Part shown: positions 61,591-64,000 of the stretch, piece by piece | How positions within the stretch are numbered: position 1 is the stretch's first letter | Layout: each line of letters opens with the position of its first letter | NCBI RefSeq assembly: GCF_009914755.1 | Contig: NC_060932.1 | DNA length: 64,000 nt | Source of the DNA: the human T2T-CHM13v2.0 reference genome, Homo sapiens | Direction: 5' to 3' (one strand) | Notes under the pieces: generated by a model | The model's input: only the letters and a program-made list of their open reading frames with translations | Database searches by the model: none | What the model was told of the DNA's origin: nothing | Program-made: the position numbers and the translations under genes

Positions 61591-63528
61591 CTAGATTAAA
61601 CCTTCTTCCAAATAGTTACACAGATGAGTAGGCTTATGAAAATTCTATTTGCTGAATTCCTTTGGCTCTGTTCTCAGTAAAATGCCATATTTGTTGGGGC
61701 CACATCTGTCCTCTCACACTCCTACCCTTGCGATCCCCCGTATCATGAAATAAGAGAGCAAAAGCATCTGCTTGAAGTAAATATAAATGTGTACTTCTAT
61801 GAACACCAAACAGAGAAACACCACAGGAAGGAGAGGCAGCTGTTCCTAAATTTTAAAAAGACTTACTGATTTATTTTTAATTGGCTTGTGATTGCTCTGT
61901 CTTGCCAGATCTGTCTCAGCTTTATGCATTTGAGGTCTGTGATAATCCTTGAGGATGGTTCAGTCTGCTAGGGGCCATCACATTTCAATGAACTCTGTGA
62001 ATCTTGAGCAAGTTACACCAATCTATATTATCTTGGCAATAAAAAACCTTAGGCCTTAGAGAAGAGACTCTTTTTCTTCCTTTCGTCTTCTTCTTCTTCT
62101 TCTTTTTTTTTTTTTGACACAAAATGTTTCTCTATTGCCTTCATCTAATGAGATAAATGTTTGGAAGAGTCAAAGCTTTTCCTAGGATGAGCCACTCATC
62201 TACTCAGCCTCCTCTGACTGTGGCAGCACATACAGGTGCCCATGAGAAGGTTGGCCTGATCTTGGTAATATCAGTCTTAAAGGAGGAGAAAAGAATTTTC
62301 TTGTTGAATACCTGCTATGCACTAGACACTAAAGGCTGTTACAGATGTACTCTCAATTAATTCTTACTCCAAACGCATAAGAATTTTTTTTTTAAATTTA
62401 AATTTTACAGCAAAAAAAGGCTAAAATGTAGACACAATGAAGACTAGATTTAAAATCAGCTCCCTCTGAGTCTATGCATGATTTTTCATGTTTTGTTTTC
62501 CTAGGAATGCATTTCCTGTTTCATTAATTACTAAACATCAATACATTTACTAATATTCCTTTTTTGGTTTATGTACTATTTTTATTTCTTCCCCAATTAT
62601 AGTTGGAATGAAAAAAAATCTTATTTTTTTTACCTTATACAGCATCACATTGACTTTTTAAGCAATCTTTCTTATAACTTACTCATACTTTCTAAAATGT
62701 GTACTCCACATATTGACTTTTAATCACGTTGAACAACTTCTGGTCATAAGTAAACTGTTACTTCTTCAAAAATAATGGCTAATAAGTATATATAGGTTTT
62801 ACTACATTCCAAGAACAGCTTTCAACATTTAACATATAACTTCTCATTTAATTATTTACCAAATCCCATGATGTAGGTACTATTACACCATTTTACAAAT
62901 AAGAAAACTGCAGCAATAGAAATTTATGATGACCAAGTGAAGGGCCTGTATCAAGTCAGGTGACCTGCCTCCAAAGTCCACATGTTTAAACTCCTATATT
63001 ATTCTTCCTCTTCTTAATTAATGGGTTGCCAAGTCCTTATTGTTCTCTCTTCAGAGATATATAAATTTAATGCCAGCCTCCATTTCCCAGGAAGAATAAT
63101 AGGACCTATCAGAGAAACACTGTGGAAGATGAACTGAATTTAAGTAGTGAAGTTTGGAAACACTGACAAATCTTTAAATTATCCTTAGTGCCTTGAGTCT
63201 TCTGCATCTATAGTTTGTAAATTATATACGGTACAACTTTTATTATAAGAATTCAATAGGAATTCATATTCAATTCAAATTTACTTAGTCTTCACTAAAA
63301 CTAATAGTAAAACAATGGAGGAATTTTGGGGCATTGCTACTAGTTGGCATTTGCATCTTTTTCTAGGTCTCTGATCTTTCAGATCAAAAGGAAGACAGAA
63401 TGTAGTATTGGAAAGACAGAATCAATGGGTCAAGTCCTTGCCAATCTTGAACTCGCCAGTGACAGTGGTATGACAAGAGACACATCTAAACCATTAAGAT
63501 CTTTGGGTCTTAAAGTTGAAAAGACCCA

Positions 63529-63834
63529 TTATCTTAAGTGAAACAACTCAGAAACATAAAATCAAATTTTTCATGTTCCCACTTACAGTTGGGAGCTAAA
63601 TAATGAGTAGAAACGGGCAATGGACATGGAGTGTGGAATAATAGTCATTGAAGACAAGGAAAAGTGGGAAGGTGGGAGTGGGGAGAAGGATGAAAAATTA
63701 GTTAATGGGTATAATGTACACTATTCAGGCGATGGCCACAATAAAAGCCCACACTTCACTACTATGCAATATATTCATGTAACAAAACTGTACTTGTACC
63801 CCTTAAATATATACAAATTAAAAAAAGAGAAAAA
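63529..63834 (+). mobile_element. 5'-truncated L1 (L1PB4-like) 3' end
   Basis: ttaatgggtataatgtacactattc...aaaagcccacacttcactactatgcaatata...A-tail. Probable TSD gaaaagaccca (63518-63528) / gaagagaccca (63835-63845). Confidence 0.8.
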
Positions 63835-64000
63835 GAAGAGACCCAAAGAGAAAGAAGATGGTAGTATATTCTGAGTGTAAATAGGATATGGGGGCTTCAC
63901 TAAGAAAATTAAGCAAGATGAATTACTTTTTTAATAGACATTTTCTGGTACCATGTTTACAGAGATGTGTAACATAACATTTATTCAAAAGACTAGTTCT

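Overview
Primate genomic DNA, most likely human (it carries an Alu with all five AluYa5 diagnostic bases). It is AT-rich, transposon-dense and intergenic or deep-intronic. I found no intact cellular protein-coding gene, RNA gene or CRISPR array. The long ORFs come from HERV-H pol, L1, Tigger1, Alu or microsatellites. Main content: (1) an ERV1-rich cluster at 0-20 kb with LTR12 nested in an MST LTR, an LTR10, a MER65-like LTR nested in a MER34-like LTR, and a defective HERV-H provirus (10057-15538) nested in a MER50-like LTR and carrying an AluYa5 in integrase; (2) a near-full-length decayed L1MA (about 23983-30260); (3) a full-length Tigger1 (37172-39870); (4) many Alu, L1, L2, MIR and MER fragments. 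Oddities a repeat annotation would not explain: a ~125-bp inverted copy of nearby unique DNA inside an Alu tail microsatellite, a ~225-bp local direct duplication, a tailless Alu fragment with a 13-bp target-site duplication (TSD), a deletion that removed the HERV-H 5' promoter and primer-binding site (PBS), and a 13-bp perfect inverted repeat in unique DNA. I see no evidence for a new multi-gene biological system. Repeat subfamily names were assigned by eye from recalled consensus sequences and need Dfam/RepeatMasker confirmation.
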